Below, one piece after another: positions 1 to 15,200 of a stretch of DNA of 64,000 bases (position 1 is its first letter; every line of letters starts with the position of its first letter). Source of the stretch: Pecten maximus. Lineage: Eukaryota. The DNA is taken from NCBI RefSeq assembly GCF_902652985.1, contig NC_047026.1, positions 26,102,001 to 26,166,000 of the forward strand, read 5' to 3'. The position numbers and the translations under genes were made by a program. The notes under the pieces are model-generated. The model had not been told where the DNA came from. It ran no database searches and saw only the letters and a list, made by a program, of their open reading frames with translations.

Positions 1-57
1 TAACTCTCAAAAGACAGCGTCTACTTAAACAATCATACTTATCTATATCATACTTAC

Positions 58-234
58 ACGTCATTAACGATGACACGCGCTATTCCTCCGTTTAGAGAGG
101 CCACCTCATCACCCTGCTCTCCACCTATTGTGATCTGGTATTCTGGTGGATCGTCACCTCCCGCAGCAAACCAGCCTTTCTGTTTATGCTGGAGCGTCAC
201 TGATGTCCCATTAAGACTGACCTTTACGCTGTCC
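58..234 (-). CDS. Gene A exon 24 (LG3 C-terminal part)
   Basis: Acceptor gtgtag, donor gtaagt; phase 2->2; DSVKVSLNGTSVTLQHKQKGWFAAGGDDPPEYQITIGGEQGDEVASLNGGIARVIVND. Confidence 0.85.
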
Positions 235-3200
235 CTACACGAACATATTTAATCATTATATTTGTAATTCTCATTAAGGCAACAGAGAATACTGACATCA
301 AAACGGTACTGTAATTATAACTCAAAATCACCAAAACGAGATACAAACAAATAATGGTATAAAAGACACAAAATATATAAATAAACATGGAGACCCTACC
401 AGGAGTAGAATGAGGAAGAGACCAAATGTTCCAAAAGGGTAAGAATGAACATAAATAACAAATCTGGATGAACATGCATATGGATGTTACTTTGTGTCAC
501 TTTGTTTTTGCAATGGTCACAGAAATATGAATATAACAGTATGTGTGCTTCTGTGTTCGTTTTTTGGGACGATTTTTTTTTAAATTCAAGGCGTGGGGAT
601 TGCGGAGGTATGTAAATGATCAAGATGAGTCTTTTGCAATATTATCGTTGTTATGAAAATGAAACCCAATGATAGAAAGCCACTTTACTCTAGTAACTGT
701 TTCTTTACGCTATATGCATGAAGTTGTCAATAAGAAATGCCTGAAGCTATTTGTTTAGAGTTATCTGCAATAATAAAATGGATGCATACACACTTTATTT
801 TAATATATACCCAAATCTTCTTAGACGTATCATTAGTTAAGTTCTTTTATCTTATCGTTGGCCTCCTAAACTTTCGAAACGGGAACTCCGAATATTGGGC
901 GCAAAAAAAAAGTTCTTTTCAGTTGTTAGTGATTTTGAGGTTTTCATATGGAGGTCTTGTGGTATTGTAGAAAAATAGATACAGCTATTATACCGGACAT
1001 AAAACATACAACGGATATTTTAAGCAGGTATTAAAATTGTTTTTGTTAAATGCTGAATTTGAGCAGGTATTAAAATGTTTTGTTTAATGCTGGATCTGAC
1101 TATGCACACTAAACGTGTACACTTTCGTTCCTTTTGTCGACTATCGACTCAGGATTTAGGCAACAAACATTTCGGTTGGCTAACTTTTTATTGTTATTTT
1201 CATGGGAGAACTGGCCTGGAGATTGCTAGTATAAACAATATGGCGAATTGTTCTATTCTCAATTTTGTTCTACATTTCGCCTTGAAAACGTTGTCTATAA
1301 CATTGCATAATGTCTTTAATAGAACGTTTCCATTGTATTGTTATAGGTTTATAACCAAAAAGCTAGAGGATAACAATAACCTTGGTTTTCTGTTCTTCAT
1401 GGAATACAACACTACAAAAATGTACTTGGTAATCTACCATTTCGTTTAAAGCTATGGGGGCGATCTAAGAAACTCTGTCCAGTACGGAAGTCAATGAATT
1501 CACACATGGATATTATCGTTTTGTTAATATCATTTTTGTTATAGATTTTTAACCGGAAATTGTACAGCCGCTAAGCTATGATAATTGACGTACGCAAACG
1601 TAGATAGTTGACAAATTACTGCTATTCATTGCTATTGGAAACTTCCTTTGAACAAACACTGCTTGGATTTGTCCATGCAGATGGACTTTTCTGAAGGGTG
1701 TGTACTGACTTGTGAAGGAATGGCTTTGCAGTGACAAGATATATTTTGTACCGTTTACTTACATTACACATTACTATGTAATCACTATTGGTACATCATG
1801 TCATTTTACTGTAATTTTGATTCATTGAAAGATCTCCATAAATTTTTATTAGAAAATTCTGTATCAAATTTATTTAATATAGGTTATTAGTAACAACGTG
1901 GAACAGGCGCGTATATAACATACTTAACTGTCATTGTATATGGAGATGACTTAATAATCCAATACCTAATGACATAATTAGCGAAGTCTTAATTGATCAA
2001 AATTAAATAAGATATATTGGTTGAATGCTGTTTACTTTAATTCAATTGTGTCAGCTTATGGGTGTATATTTCGTCCTGGGGATTTGTAACTTCCCTGGAT
2101 TCTGTCGTCTGAATAATTTAATTGTTCGTAATATAAATATTTATTTCATGTATTTTAAAATTCAATTGAACCTATTTGATCAAATCAGGGAATTAACTAG
2201 GACGTGTCTCTCCTTTTATTTATTAAACTCGGTTATTGTGATATTTTTTATTTCCACACGTTTTGGTCTCAAATGTCACTTACGAATCCTAGAGGGATGA
2301 AACAGTTGTACGATGCAGATTTACTGTTATTTATGATTCATAATTGTAACTCTTATCTTTATTTATTGTTAAATTCTCATTTATATGTTATTATTCACAT
2401 TTTTAATCTTTGCATAATCTGCTGAGACATCCTTAACGGGCCATTATCCTATCTCATTGCCGACTCTTTGTATCATCAGAAACAATCTGATTTAAACCCT
2501 AACTATAAAGGTATGATTGATATCACAACAAGTGTGCTGACTAAAGCGTGCTGTCATGACGTCATTGCATGGAGTTTTATGAAGTCACAAGTATGGGTAC
2601 ATAATTATAACACTTACTGTATAGGAAAACGGTGTTATGATACATTTATATACATCAACATATGCTAAAATTATCAAGCTCACGAAAGTTTAAAAACTAC
2701 ACTTGTGTTTAAACGTACGTTAAATCCTCTATGACTAGGGTCACCCATCTATCCTCATGATTGAGTGTAGTAAAAAGCTTCTCTTCGTTTCCAACTACGC
2801 TTTCGGTAATGGTCACACCAGCAACGTCTAGGTCAATGTTGATATTGAATTTCTGGGAAAATAATATTATTAGATATAAACTCATTACGGGAAATGAAGT
2901 ATATACATATTCATGTGAGAAGGTATTCACTTTGAATAGTGAGTTTTATATTATGTATGGTAAAAACTACCTGTCACAACACCTATGACCGGTAATAATG
3001 ATAATTTCATACAAATATATTGATTAGCGTTGAGAGCAGGTTACCTCATCAAAATATGAACAATAATCGTATTAATTTCATGCTTGAAATTTTTAAGTTG
3101 TCAACTTGCAAAAGTGGTTATCTTCCGGAATTCGATAAGCAGTGAGGAAGTGTTCTCTCTTCCTCGAGTTCGAGTTGAACATTGTCAGTAGACATTGAAC

Positions 3201-6200
3201 GCAAAATGTGAACTACATATATATGTCTCTTTCTTTTGTGAATTATTTCCGAATTATGCCACTCATTCGTTTGAAAGGCAAATATCATTTGCATAATGAC
3301 TTATCAAATTTATAAAGATGCTTACACTCATGTTGGTGCCTAAATACGATGGAATAAATTATATTTGGACATTAAATTCTGTATTATATTAAAACATATC
3401 AATTGATTTAGACACGTGCAACAATAAACACAGCAGAGCGTTGCGAGCGAGGTAGGTCTTGTTGTGATGATAATTCTTCAGAATATGTTAACATGCAAAA
3501 CTAATAATTGAGTTTAGAATACCAAACGAAGTTATCTATTATTACACAAAAAAACGAACTTACACACAATCTCATACATATGTATATATGGGCCCCATAC
3601 GGCACAAACACGTATGCCATATAAACAAAGCGTGTAGCATGCATGTAAATGAAGAAAATAGATAAAGAATTGTACGAAGATAAGATGATGAGTATACAAA
3701 ATCGACTCGTAATCATTAATCGTGATTCTCTGCGTCAATATTTAACTTTATGTCAGCATGGTAGCAAGTGTATCTTTAAGCATAACATTATTATTAATCT
3801 GTCCAGCAGAAACAAGACGAATTCCTCGTTCGACTCGACTGAGGCGGCCTCATTCCCTCTCCTCCGTCTGTCCATCAGGTTGCCGATATTTATACGACGT
3901 TCACTGTCTGATCGTGTAATCCTATTTCTCGCTGATTTTCAGTGACCTGTTAGCATATCACCAACCACAGAGAGATGGATCTCTGTCGTCGTCTTTAGTG
4001 CGTCCAGTTCTTAGCTTCGGTTATATTTTCAAATACTTTATTTCAAAAAACCTTTGGGCTTCAGTGGCGTATCAAGTTAAAGTTTGTAACTTTAAAAAAA
4101 AACCACACAAGATTCTCGTTTACTTTCATAGCAAAACATTATTTTAACGACGTGATGCCTCTTAATACTTCTGCACGGACTCAGATATCCCAATAGCATA
4201 TAAATGTTATCTTGTATCATACAAAGTCTAGTAGTATTATTGTAAAGTTTCACTTAAGATAATCAAACCATTTTCCTTAAACATAATGTGATGATAACAC
4301 AATTATCTATATTTTAATAGCTATATAATACATACATCTTTCCGTTTGTAGTTCAGAATTGTTCCCACCGCACCGGCACTGACGGTCACATAAATTCTAC
4401 TTGATTCCAACAAGTCTTCCAACGTCACCGGGGTACTTATGTCCACGAACTGAACACAGTGATGCCAAAGCTAAAACAAAGATAAGTAACATGAAACATT
4501 ATAACAACTAAAATTATGTTATAATTATAGGTGACAAAAGTCCTAACTGAGGAAGCCAAGAAAGATGTATGCCTACATAGACCAGTGATCACGTAAACAG
4601 ATACTCATATACTGTATAGTTATTAATCTTCGCTACTTTCGCGGGCATAAAACAAAATTTGAATAAATACGCAAAGGTATATAAACATTTATTTCAGAAT
4701 GCTTGGAAGGCATGGTTACGCGAACTTAATCATCGCGGACTAGGTCCGACTTGCACAACCGTTAAATATATATATAGAGTACTTCTGGGCATGTACCATA
4801 TGATATACAGTAAGTATATATCGTGTATCAGAAAATATGTTCTTTAGGTTTGTAAATATAGATGTTATAGACTCCGGTATATATCACAATCAGTGTATGA
4901 TTTAAGCGTGGCGTTTCGGATACTACACTGCCATCCTCATCAGACAGATAACCAGTTAGCAAAAATGTACACGAGTCATCGAAACGTCACACTGGTTGTG
5001 TTGCATACCAAAATCTATTAACATATATACCGTGGAATTTGAATTTTGTAAAAAGTTTCTGAGTTACTCTCAAAAAACACATTAACTACACCACTCATTA
5101 ATTTCCACCTACACAAATATTGATGATATTTTCAGGTAGTTATGGTAAAAACAAAAAAAAAACAAAAAACAAGTCTAGACATTTGGTGATTCAATTTAAG
5201 AACACTGGCTGAATTTTATACTGATATTGATTTCTTAGGATTCAAAGTCAACAAGAATTATTCTACATTACTATACTTTCCAACAGAATCGACGTGTCCA
5301 GCTTTATTTTTATAAACCTAGTGCATGGTATATCTGCTTATTTACATATGCGCTGTTTTTATTTATTGATTCAAATTAAACCATAACTGTGATCTTTTGA
5401 ATTGCCGTTTCTACACATTATACAGAACAGCAATACCGAAATATAACCAATTAGATAAGTTTGTGTAAGTCACACTTGTTAAATCCTAAACGTAAATAAC
5501 TTTGATATAACTGAATCCATTAGCCGACAAAAGCTGCTTATGAAATGCTGATATTTAATGGTGTAGCATAGGGATTGTACAGCAGACACTCAAGACAATA
5601 AACTGTAGACGGGCGGATGGACAGACGGACAACATGATTATCCCTAACCTTCTTTTGGGGAGAGGGATGGGCAATTAAATAGTGAAAACCTGCATCAGAT
5701 CGTGTCCTTTTAAGACTCATCAGTGATGATAGGGACAGCATATAACTAGTTTGTTCTTCTTGGACTCGTCAGCAAGCATAGGGATACTATACATGTTCAT
5801 TCAGGACTTGTCAGTGACATGAGGGACACCATACAGGTGGTTATGTCATCAAGGACTCGCCAGTGATGTAAGGGACACCATACAGCTTGTTATATCATGT
5901 TGGACTCGACAGTGATATTAGGGACACCATACAGCTTGTTATATCACGTTGGACTCGACAGTGATATTAGGGACACCATACAGCTTGTTATATCATGTTG
6001 GACACGACAGTGATATTAGGGACACCATACAGCTTGTTATATCATGTTGGACTCGACAGTGATATTAGGGACATCATACAGCTTGTTATATCATGTTGGA
6101 CACGACAGTGATATTAGGGACATCATACAGCTTGTTATATCATGTTGGACTCGACAGTGATATTAGGGACATCATACAGCTTGTTATATCATGTTGGACA

Positions 6201-9200
6201 CGACAGTGATATTAGGGACACCATACAGCTTGTTATATCATGTTGGACTCGACAGTGATATTAGGGACACCATATAGCGTGTTATATCACGTTGGACTCG
6301 ACAGTAATATTAGGGACAGCATACAGCTTGTTATATCATGTTGGACTTGACAGTAATATTAGGGACACCATACAGCTTGTTATATCATGTTGGAAACGAC
6401 AGTGATATTAGGGACACCATACAGCTTGTTATATCATGTTGGACTCGACAGTGATATTAGTGACACCATACAGCTTGTTATATCATGTTGGACTTGACAG
6501 TGATATTAGGGACACCATACAGCTTGTTATATCATGTTGGACTCGACAGTAATATTAGGGACACCATACAGCTTGTTATATCATGTTGGACTCGACAGTG
6601 ATATTAGGGACACCATACAGCGTGTAATATCATGTTGGACTTGACAGTAATATTAGGGACACCATACAGCTTGTTATATCATGTTGGACTCGACAGTAAT
6701 ATTAGGGACACCATACAGCTTGTTATATCATGTTGGACTCGACAGTGATATTAGGGAGACCATACAGTTTGTTATATCATGTTGGACTCGACAGTAATAT
6801 TAGGGACACCATACAGCTTGTTATATCATGTTGGACTCGACAGTGATATTAGGGACACCATACAGCTTGTTATATCACGTTGGACTCGACAGTGATATTT
6901 GGGACACCATACAGCTTGTTATATCATGTTGGACTCGACAGTGATATTAGGGACACCATATAGCGTGATATATCATGTTGGACTCGACAGTGATATTAGG
7001 GACACCATACAGCTTGTTATATCACGTTGGACTCGACAGTGATATTAGGGACACCATATAGCGTGATATATCATCTTGGACTCGACAGTGATATTAGGGA
7101 CACCATACAGCTTGGTATAGGATGTTGGACTTGTCGGTGATGTTAGGGACACCATATAGATGGTCCTACCATTTAGGACGCTCCAGTGTTGTTAGGAACA
7201 CCATACATATGGTTCTTTCACATTCAAGACCCGTCCGTGATGCAAAGGATTAAGGGTGTGGAAAGTGAGGAAGAAGTTTGAAAATAAAAAGGGCCTCGAT
7301 AAATGCTTAAAATATGGACGTATACATTTAACAGATTACCTATGATTATAAAAGATGATATACACATATGTTTTGTAGGTCTTTAGGCCAATAACCTCTA
7401 GCAGGAATTTGCCTAATCCGAAAGTGTAGGTTAGGAAATATATCAATCTCATTATCAATGTCAGTCGTCACATTCACACATCGATAGCGTTATAAATGTC
7501 ATAGCATATCAAATTACATTTTTCCATGGCAACATACACGTCATATTATCGGTTTCATATAGCACTAAAAATATTGGTGATAACAGACACGAACACGGCC
7601 ATTTTCCTTTGGTGACCCTTTTCTACTGATAATCTTTTCATTATTTCAGTTCATTTGACCACTTACATTATTTTATAATTTTAATTATAAATTCTAGACA
7701 ATATTGAGTAAAGATTATTTCTAAGCCGACACATTATTTCAAAATCATTAAATGTTTTTTTTATCAGAAAGGGGGAATAGTGCATGCATCTCACACAATC
7801 GACTGATTTAAGTAGTATCCTTCGCAAGGTGATGCGTTTTATACAAAATAGGACAAAACAATGTAATTATCCCATAAGTAGCTTGTTCTAGCATATATTA
7901 CGGCCATATAATATATATATATATATCAAGGAATATTGAAACGACAGAAATACCTTATAAATACAAAAATACGAGTTATGTGATACACAAGTGGAGACTT
8001 GTACTCATAACTATCTATATGGACTGTAGTAAACTAAAATGTTCGTGGCTCCTCGTGGCATATCGATAAATATAATTCGATTTATAAATTCTATATGGCA
8101 TAGTCCTCTTTGTAAGATTCTATATATGATGTCTAATTGTCGGCGGGTCAGTTGAACAGGAATTAAACATATGAGACAGATAGATAATTAAAGCGACTAT
8201 AACTGTAGATTTCAAACTAATTAAAGCGACTATAACTGTAAATTTTATACTAATTAAAACGACTATAACTGTAAATTTTATACTAATTAAAGCGACTATA
8301 ACTGTAAATTTTATTCGAATTAAAGCGACTATAACTGTAAATTTTATACTAATTAAAGCGACTATAACTGTAAATTTTATACTGATTAAAGTGACTATAA
8401 CTGTAAATTTTATGCTCAGTAATGATTCATTGATTTCTTCATATAAATAGTGATATGTTTAATATATAGCGATGCCCGATTATATACCTAAAATGTTCTA
8501 TGAATATGTGTTTACGAATTTTTAAACACTGTTACCTCGTATGATGCTTATAAAGAATGGATCGAGTCAGGTGGGTGCGAGTGACGAGTCCGCTAAGTAT
8601 TCGAATTATGAGCGAAGCGATAACATTTTTAATTATCGTAATTAAGGGAAATCCTTAGCTGCATGAGATGTCCTTTAAAAATATTACGCCATCTTATATT
8701 TTCCAAAAATAATCTTTTTTACAGTTATAGTCAATTTCAGAGAGTAACATTTTATCTTAAATTCGGATTTCGACCAATATCTCTTTGCAGTGACAGTAAC
8801 AACATCTACAAAGCTAGATAATTATCACTATCGGATTTCTGGGATTATTTAAGGGACGAACTCCACCGGATTCATGTTGTCGGGAATGCCAGTTAATGTC
8901 GGCTTAATACTAAGGACGAGTCCTAGGTAGGGAATGATATATATCCGACATACACTTTACATATGTTTACTTGATATAGTCCTGGTAGTTAATGTTCACT
9001 CAATAGAAAACAATTAATTATTTCCTTGTGTTCTTTGTCGTGTGAGTATGGGAGGATATACGCAACTTAACCATAGCTTGAACAGTTAATTCATATGAAA
9101 TTCATTATCATTGCACGACTAAGTTATATGTAGATGAAGTATAAATAAATATAACGTGTGTAGTTAATTCTTTCAAAATTAAGATTTATTGTAACTGCAT

Positions 9201-12200
9201 ATTGCGTAGTCATGCAGTAATAAAAAAAAAACTAACGCATTATTCCACTGTACTCACACTATCCGAACACGATCCATACACCACGTTCTTGCTTTCCTGT
9301 AACATGTACATGGGGATATCTCTATCTGTAATGCGTAGTTTTGAGATACAGCCGGTGAGAGATCTGGAAACAATTGGTTAGATAAATAACAATAGCAGAA
9401 TAACAGTTTACACAGTAAAACATGTTAGTTTAAAAGTAATGTACTGCCTCAGAGCAAATCATAACGTAACAATACTCTCCTTAACTATGGTACAACATTG
9501 TCTTGTCGTCAGAAAAATACAACGTTACATTTCAATTGTAATATAAGAAAGCAATATGGATGTTGAAAAGCGAGATAAGCAGGGAGTGTATAGTAAGGAC
9601 TTTTATCAGATACTGATATTATAATTGTTTGTTAAGTATGGCTTTTGGTACATACCGAATAAATACTAATGAATATGGTTGTCATAACCGTGTCATGTAG
9701 AAAAATATTTTTATCATTTACATTATTGAACATTAAACTCAATAAAGAGCGATGTCGTCATCGATATCAAATAATAAACTTTAAAATAGAAAAATGAAAT
9801 TAAAAAAAGATAGAAAACATTTCATCAGGAATTCATCAAACAAGGTTTGTTTCATCAAAAGATAGGATACAATGGAATGTATATCAATTTTTGTAATAAA
9901 GTCTGTACCTGAGCTTAGTTTTACCACCAATTATTTGACTCGTCAAACCTAATCCACCAACATAAATGCCGTCATCAATTCTAAGAGGAATTTCTTGTGT
10001 AAAAGTCTCAGGTGTAAAGGTCTCTGGAACGCCATCTAGGGTTGCTTCTATTTCTTTTGTTTGTACATTCACCTGTTAGAGATCATTACATATCATTAAA
10101 AGGACGATCAACATAGTTTGGGGTTATACGATTTTTCGACATAAGTCAGCAAAGGTTAAGCGTTATGTTCATGTAACACAATATCCACAACAAACATCCA
10201 TCACTAGTGTAACCTGGGTTTAAATAGTATGCTCAATCCAATCCCTAGATAATAAGGCGGCTGTTAATTCGGTAGAACACTACAAGAAAGATGGGCGTTT
10301 TCGAAAGTCATAACCTGGACGTATGTATTTAAAATCCGGGTAATATAATGTAATCAAAACGGGAATAGGGGTAATGACAACAGAACTAGCTTGCATGTCA
10401 AATCTGGGTTATATAAGATTCTAAAAACGATATGGGGTGGTGATAATAGAAATACCCCCTACATGTCCAATCCGGGTAATATAAGGTTCGCCAACTTTTT
10501 CGCGAATCATTTACATAAAGAGTGAAAAAAACCACTATAGACATTCTATCTATTTATTGAATTTGACCAGAAAACTCGACCAGCGTAACCGATCACAAGT
10601 CATTTTATTTCATCTTTTGTAAAAGTAGCATCTGCCTAATAGCAGAAATATTGTAACAATATTAAAGACATGTCAATGACGTTATGTGTAGGACATTTCA
10701 CGAAAATCTGTCAGGATATTGGGTCGATAGAGCGTATTCGAACCAATTTACCTCCACAGCGTGGAATAATCCATCAGCATATATATTTTCTTTACTCCTC
10801 AGAACAGTCGTTCCCCTCTTTGTTCTCGCTTCCATGTGTATGGAACCTTCAGAAACGGAAAGTAGCATTTGCAGGTGCTGAAACAGAGATGAAACACGTT
10901 ACATTAAATACTAAGCTTGGCTGTTAGTGACAAGCCGGTATTTCTAGTATATATATATCTATCTTACAAGATTTAGAGTATATATCAAAATTTGGTGTTG
11001 TTATTTTCGATTCATTCTTTGTTATTCTTGGGTTTATTAACAGGATTGTAAACACATTTTATTTCACATAGCAAAACACCGCGCCATTTTGGGTTGTACT
11101 AATTCCTATAGAGAAGTGTTTTCAAAAGTGAAATAACCGAAGCAGGCATATTCAGGTTAGTTGTGGTTTTCCGGAAGGATAAACGTTATCAACGTCATCA
11201 TAAGCTCCTACGACAAACTAAAATAAGTCATTACCTTTTAGTGAGAACCAGGGTAATAACTATAAAAACTAGAAAGAATGTTGATGTGACGAAATAGGAA
11301 CGTGGCCTTAGGTAATCAGGAGAAGGAAAATCAAGACTACCGAGGGGTCAGGGGTCAGTCAATTGACCTCTGACCCTCAGTTTAGTTCCTCGTGTACCAC
11401 TGATGTGTAAAACATCACTAATCTACATGAGTTCGTTATGTTTTAACTTCCTAGTATTTTTTTAGTTTCCTTGTAAAGTTTTAGCAATATGTAAATCATT
11501 TCAGTGAAAATAATCTTGAAGACAGTATTTTATTGTCCTTCTATGGCATCCATTTCCAGTCGTATATGCCGCCTATTATTATTATCGCCCTAACGTCTAA
11601 ACACGTACAAACCAGATATCATTGTCTTTATATTAGCTCAAGATTTAATAGTGTAGACGTCAGTACCATGAAATATGTTTTGAAGGAAATATCATGAAAC
11701 GCGGATGGATGTTTTATTATTGTATGACAGCGAAGACGTCTGAACACATGGCGGATTAATATCTTGGTCTCATGCATGACATTTAGAATTGTATCAAACT
11801 AATTTTGTGTAGCAAGGTAAAATCAGAAATGAAATGAAAACGTTCAGGATTAATCGTATCACATCGCCAGTCTATTGGCACGAATGAATTTTCTAAAAAT
11901 AACAGTTATAAAATATGTATCTTCATTGTCTCAATCATCAATTTAAGAACACATACAATTCTGAACTTCTCGCACTAGAGCTCTCATCCGAAATATATTT
12001 TGAATACATTTTTGAATATATATAAACTCAATAAAACGGGCCATACAATTGTATACTGTCGTGTTTCCTCTTATCAATATACTTTCTAGACGGATAATAT
12101 CGGATAATTGATGGTCATATTTGTTATATGTGGTGTGATATTGTCTCTATTATTACGTCAACATAGGGATTGAATTTTGGGATTTCACAACTTACCTAAT

Positions 12201-15200
12201 GCATACTAACTGGCGTCAACATAGGCCAAATTATTGACAAGAGTAAACAGAGTTTTAAAGCATTTCTGAGAAATTTCCATACGGTTGTTGAATATTTCCT
12301 TTCTTTGCATTTGCAGGAATGCCAGCAGTTGCCTTGCAGAAATGTAACTTGCTAATAGAATATTTCGGTATAGAATGTTCTCAGTTTCCCTGTCCAGACA
12401 TCAGAATGAAACTAGGAACGTTTTTTATTTCATTGTTTTCATTGTGTGACATGTCATACCGCTACACATGTTTATGCCGTGAACTAGTTAAACCATACGG
12501 ATTCTGCATTCAATAACTGATAGTGTGTATAGTGAGTACTGAAAATGCAACTACTGTGGCGTCCGTACAGGACATGCCAAATATGGTAGTGTCTGAAAGT
12601 GCAGAATTCCAGAATTTAAGCTTTATAAATCCAAATAACAAAAACAGCTGTTCAATTAACACAATAACTTGTCGATGATACAAATAATACACATATAATA
12701 CAACAAAACAAAGCGCACCTGTCGCTGGTCATTAAGGAGGAGCAGGACACCTTCTCGTTGGCGGGTAGAAAACTTCAGAAATAGACTATCAACTCGATAG
12801 TAGGGACGTAAGATGGACATAGGAAACAGTACATATCCATCACCATCAAACACCATCGACGGCGAAGTGGGCCAACCACTATTGAAAAAAAAAATCAAAT
12901 TGGTATATATTTAAAATTCTTAAATCTTTATATCAAAATTGATATTTAAAATATCTTAAAATATGTTATCAAAATTGTTATATAATCAAGATTCTTAAAA
13001 TCTGATATCAAATTGTTATATAATTGAAACTCTTAAAATTTGATATCAAAGTTCTAGTGATATAATTGAAATTCTTAAGATTTGATATCAAAATTCTTAT
13101 TCACATACACTCTGAGATATCTCATTACCTCACCTCAATAAGGTTATCCAGGCAAATACTAAAGGGAAATTATACAGAATACCTGATAAAATGTATTATT
13201 TATTTATATATGATCTACCATTTAGAGGTACAGGTCCTCACGGCTTGAGTCGTGTTGCCTGTATTGGCTAATCCAACAGCTTGTCCGTTGACTATGACGC
13301 TTCCAATACACCCAGAAACATTAGCACTTCGCTGAAAAGTAGAAGTTGCGTCTAAAGTACAACAACCAAACAAGAAGTGACAACGCGTAATAAGAATTCT
13401 ACCTCAAAATGGATTAACAAGGAAATTAGGGACGAAACATAAACTACTAAGTACTTCAACAAGTACAAATTATTGGATGTTTCTGTCGCCATACCTGTAA
13501 TAAGACTATCGTCTTCAATGAATGTTTCTTTATTGTTTCAGTTGTTGAATATTCTTATATTACTGATTTTTGTGTCTTCTTCATGGACATGACAAGAAAC
13601 AAAACAAAAAAAACAAGCAAAAACCAAAAAACAACAACAAAACAAAAATATCTATCTTCCTCACAGTAAAGAAATCAAAACGGAAACACATGTCACATAT
13701 TCACTATTATTATACCTTTACATTTTTTTCTCTATATAAAAGTAATGTGATAATTTGACTATCAGCCTCGAGAGGATTGCACATGTGTTTCCATGACCAT
13801 CACACCGTGTGACAGTTCGAAAAAACTGTCACACGGCAAACTGTCACACAACGAACTGTCACACCCCTGCTGTAACGTCGTCAGAACGTTTGAAAGACAC
13901 AACGACATGCAAGCGCTTAGTTGACACAGATTTTGTTTTGTTTTCTCTCACGAAACTGCCACACATGGATCAACACACGCGTTTTCAAAACGCCACAGAC
14001 GTAGAGATTGAGTCAATATTAACGGACAGAGATAGCAAACACACTATAAAAACATTATATGAGATACCGACAATGGATTTTAACCTATTTATTAGAAAAT
14101 TTTACGCAGATATTCGAAAGGCTTCTGGTGAGTTTTATGCCAAGAAAAAACGTAAAGGTATAATAAAACAGTTATCAAATGGGTATGAGGGCGATAGTAA
14201 TTTTGTCAGCCCCGAAGCAACAACTGTTGCACGAGGGCTTTACTATTTTTTATTAAGTCAGATAACAAAACCATTGTCTACTTTGAATATCGATGAACAT
14301 CAAAATATAACCACGCTAGATATCTTAGTATCACATTATGTGAAGTCTATCATTGTATTCTATACTTTTTTATGCTGAAATATATCTCTAGTCCTTAAAC
14401 ACTTATTTCTCTATCCACTTTTTTCATTCAGTTTTAACATTCACTCCTGTCGTCAGGTACAGGTAACCTTAAGTATCCACTTCTTTCATTCAGGTACAGG
14501 TAACATTAAGTTCCCACTCCTTTCATTCAGGTACAGGTAACATTAAGTATCCACTCCTTTCATTCAGGTACAGGTAACATTAAGTACCCACTCATGTCAT
14601 TCAGGTACAGGTAACATTAAGTTCCCACTCCTTTCATTCAGGTACAGGTAACATTAAGTTCCCACTCCTTTCATTCAGGTACAGGTAACATTAAGTTCCC
14701 ATTCATGTCATTCAGGTACAGGTAACATTAAGTTCCCACTCCTTTCATTCAGGTACAGGTAACATTAAGTTCCCATTCATGTCATTCAGGTACAGGTAAC
14801 ATTAAGTACCCACTCCTTTCATTCAGGTACAGGTAACATTAAGTTCCCATTCATGTCATTCAGGTACAGGTAACATTAAGTTCCCACTCCTTTCATTCAG
14901 GTACAGGTAACATTAAGTTCCCACTCCTTTCATTCAGGTACAGGTAACATTAAGTACCCACTCATGTCATTCAGGTACAGGTAACATTAAGTTCCCATTC
15001 ATTTCATTCAGGTACAGGTAACATGAAGTACCCACTCCTTTCATTCAGGTACAGGTAACATTAAGTACCCACTCATGTCATTCAGGTACAGGTAACATTA
15101 AGTTCCCATTCATGTCATTCAGGTACAGGTAACATTAAGTACCCACTCCTTTCATTCAGGTACAGGTAACATTAAGTTCCCATTCATGTCATTCAGGTAC

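Noticed and set aside
3740-4085. GC-richer intronic island with possible terminal inverted repeats
   Set aside because: TIR similarity is only ~9 bp and no coding or splice pattern fits; it cannot be classified without a repeat library.
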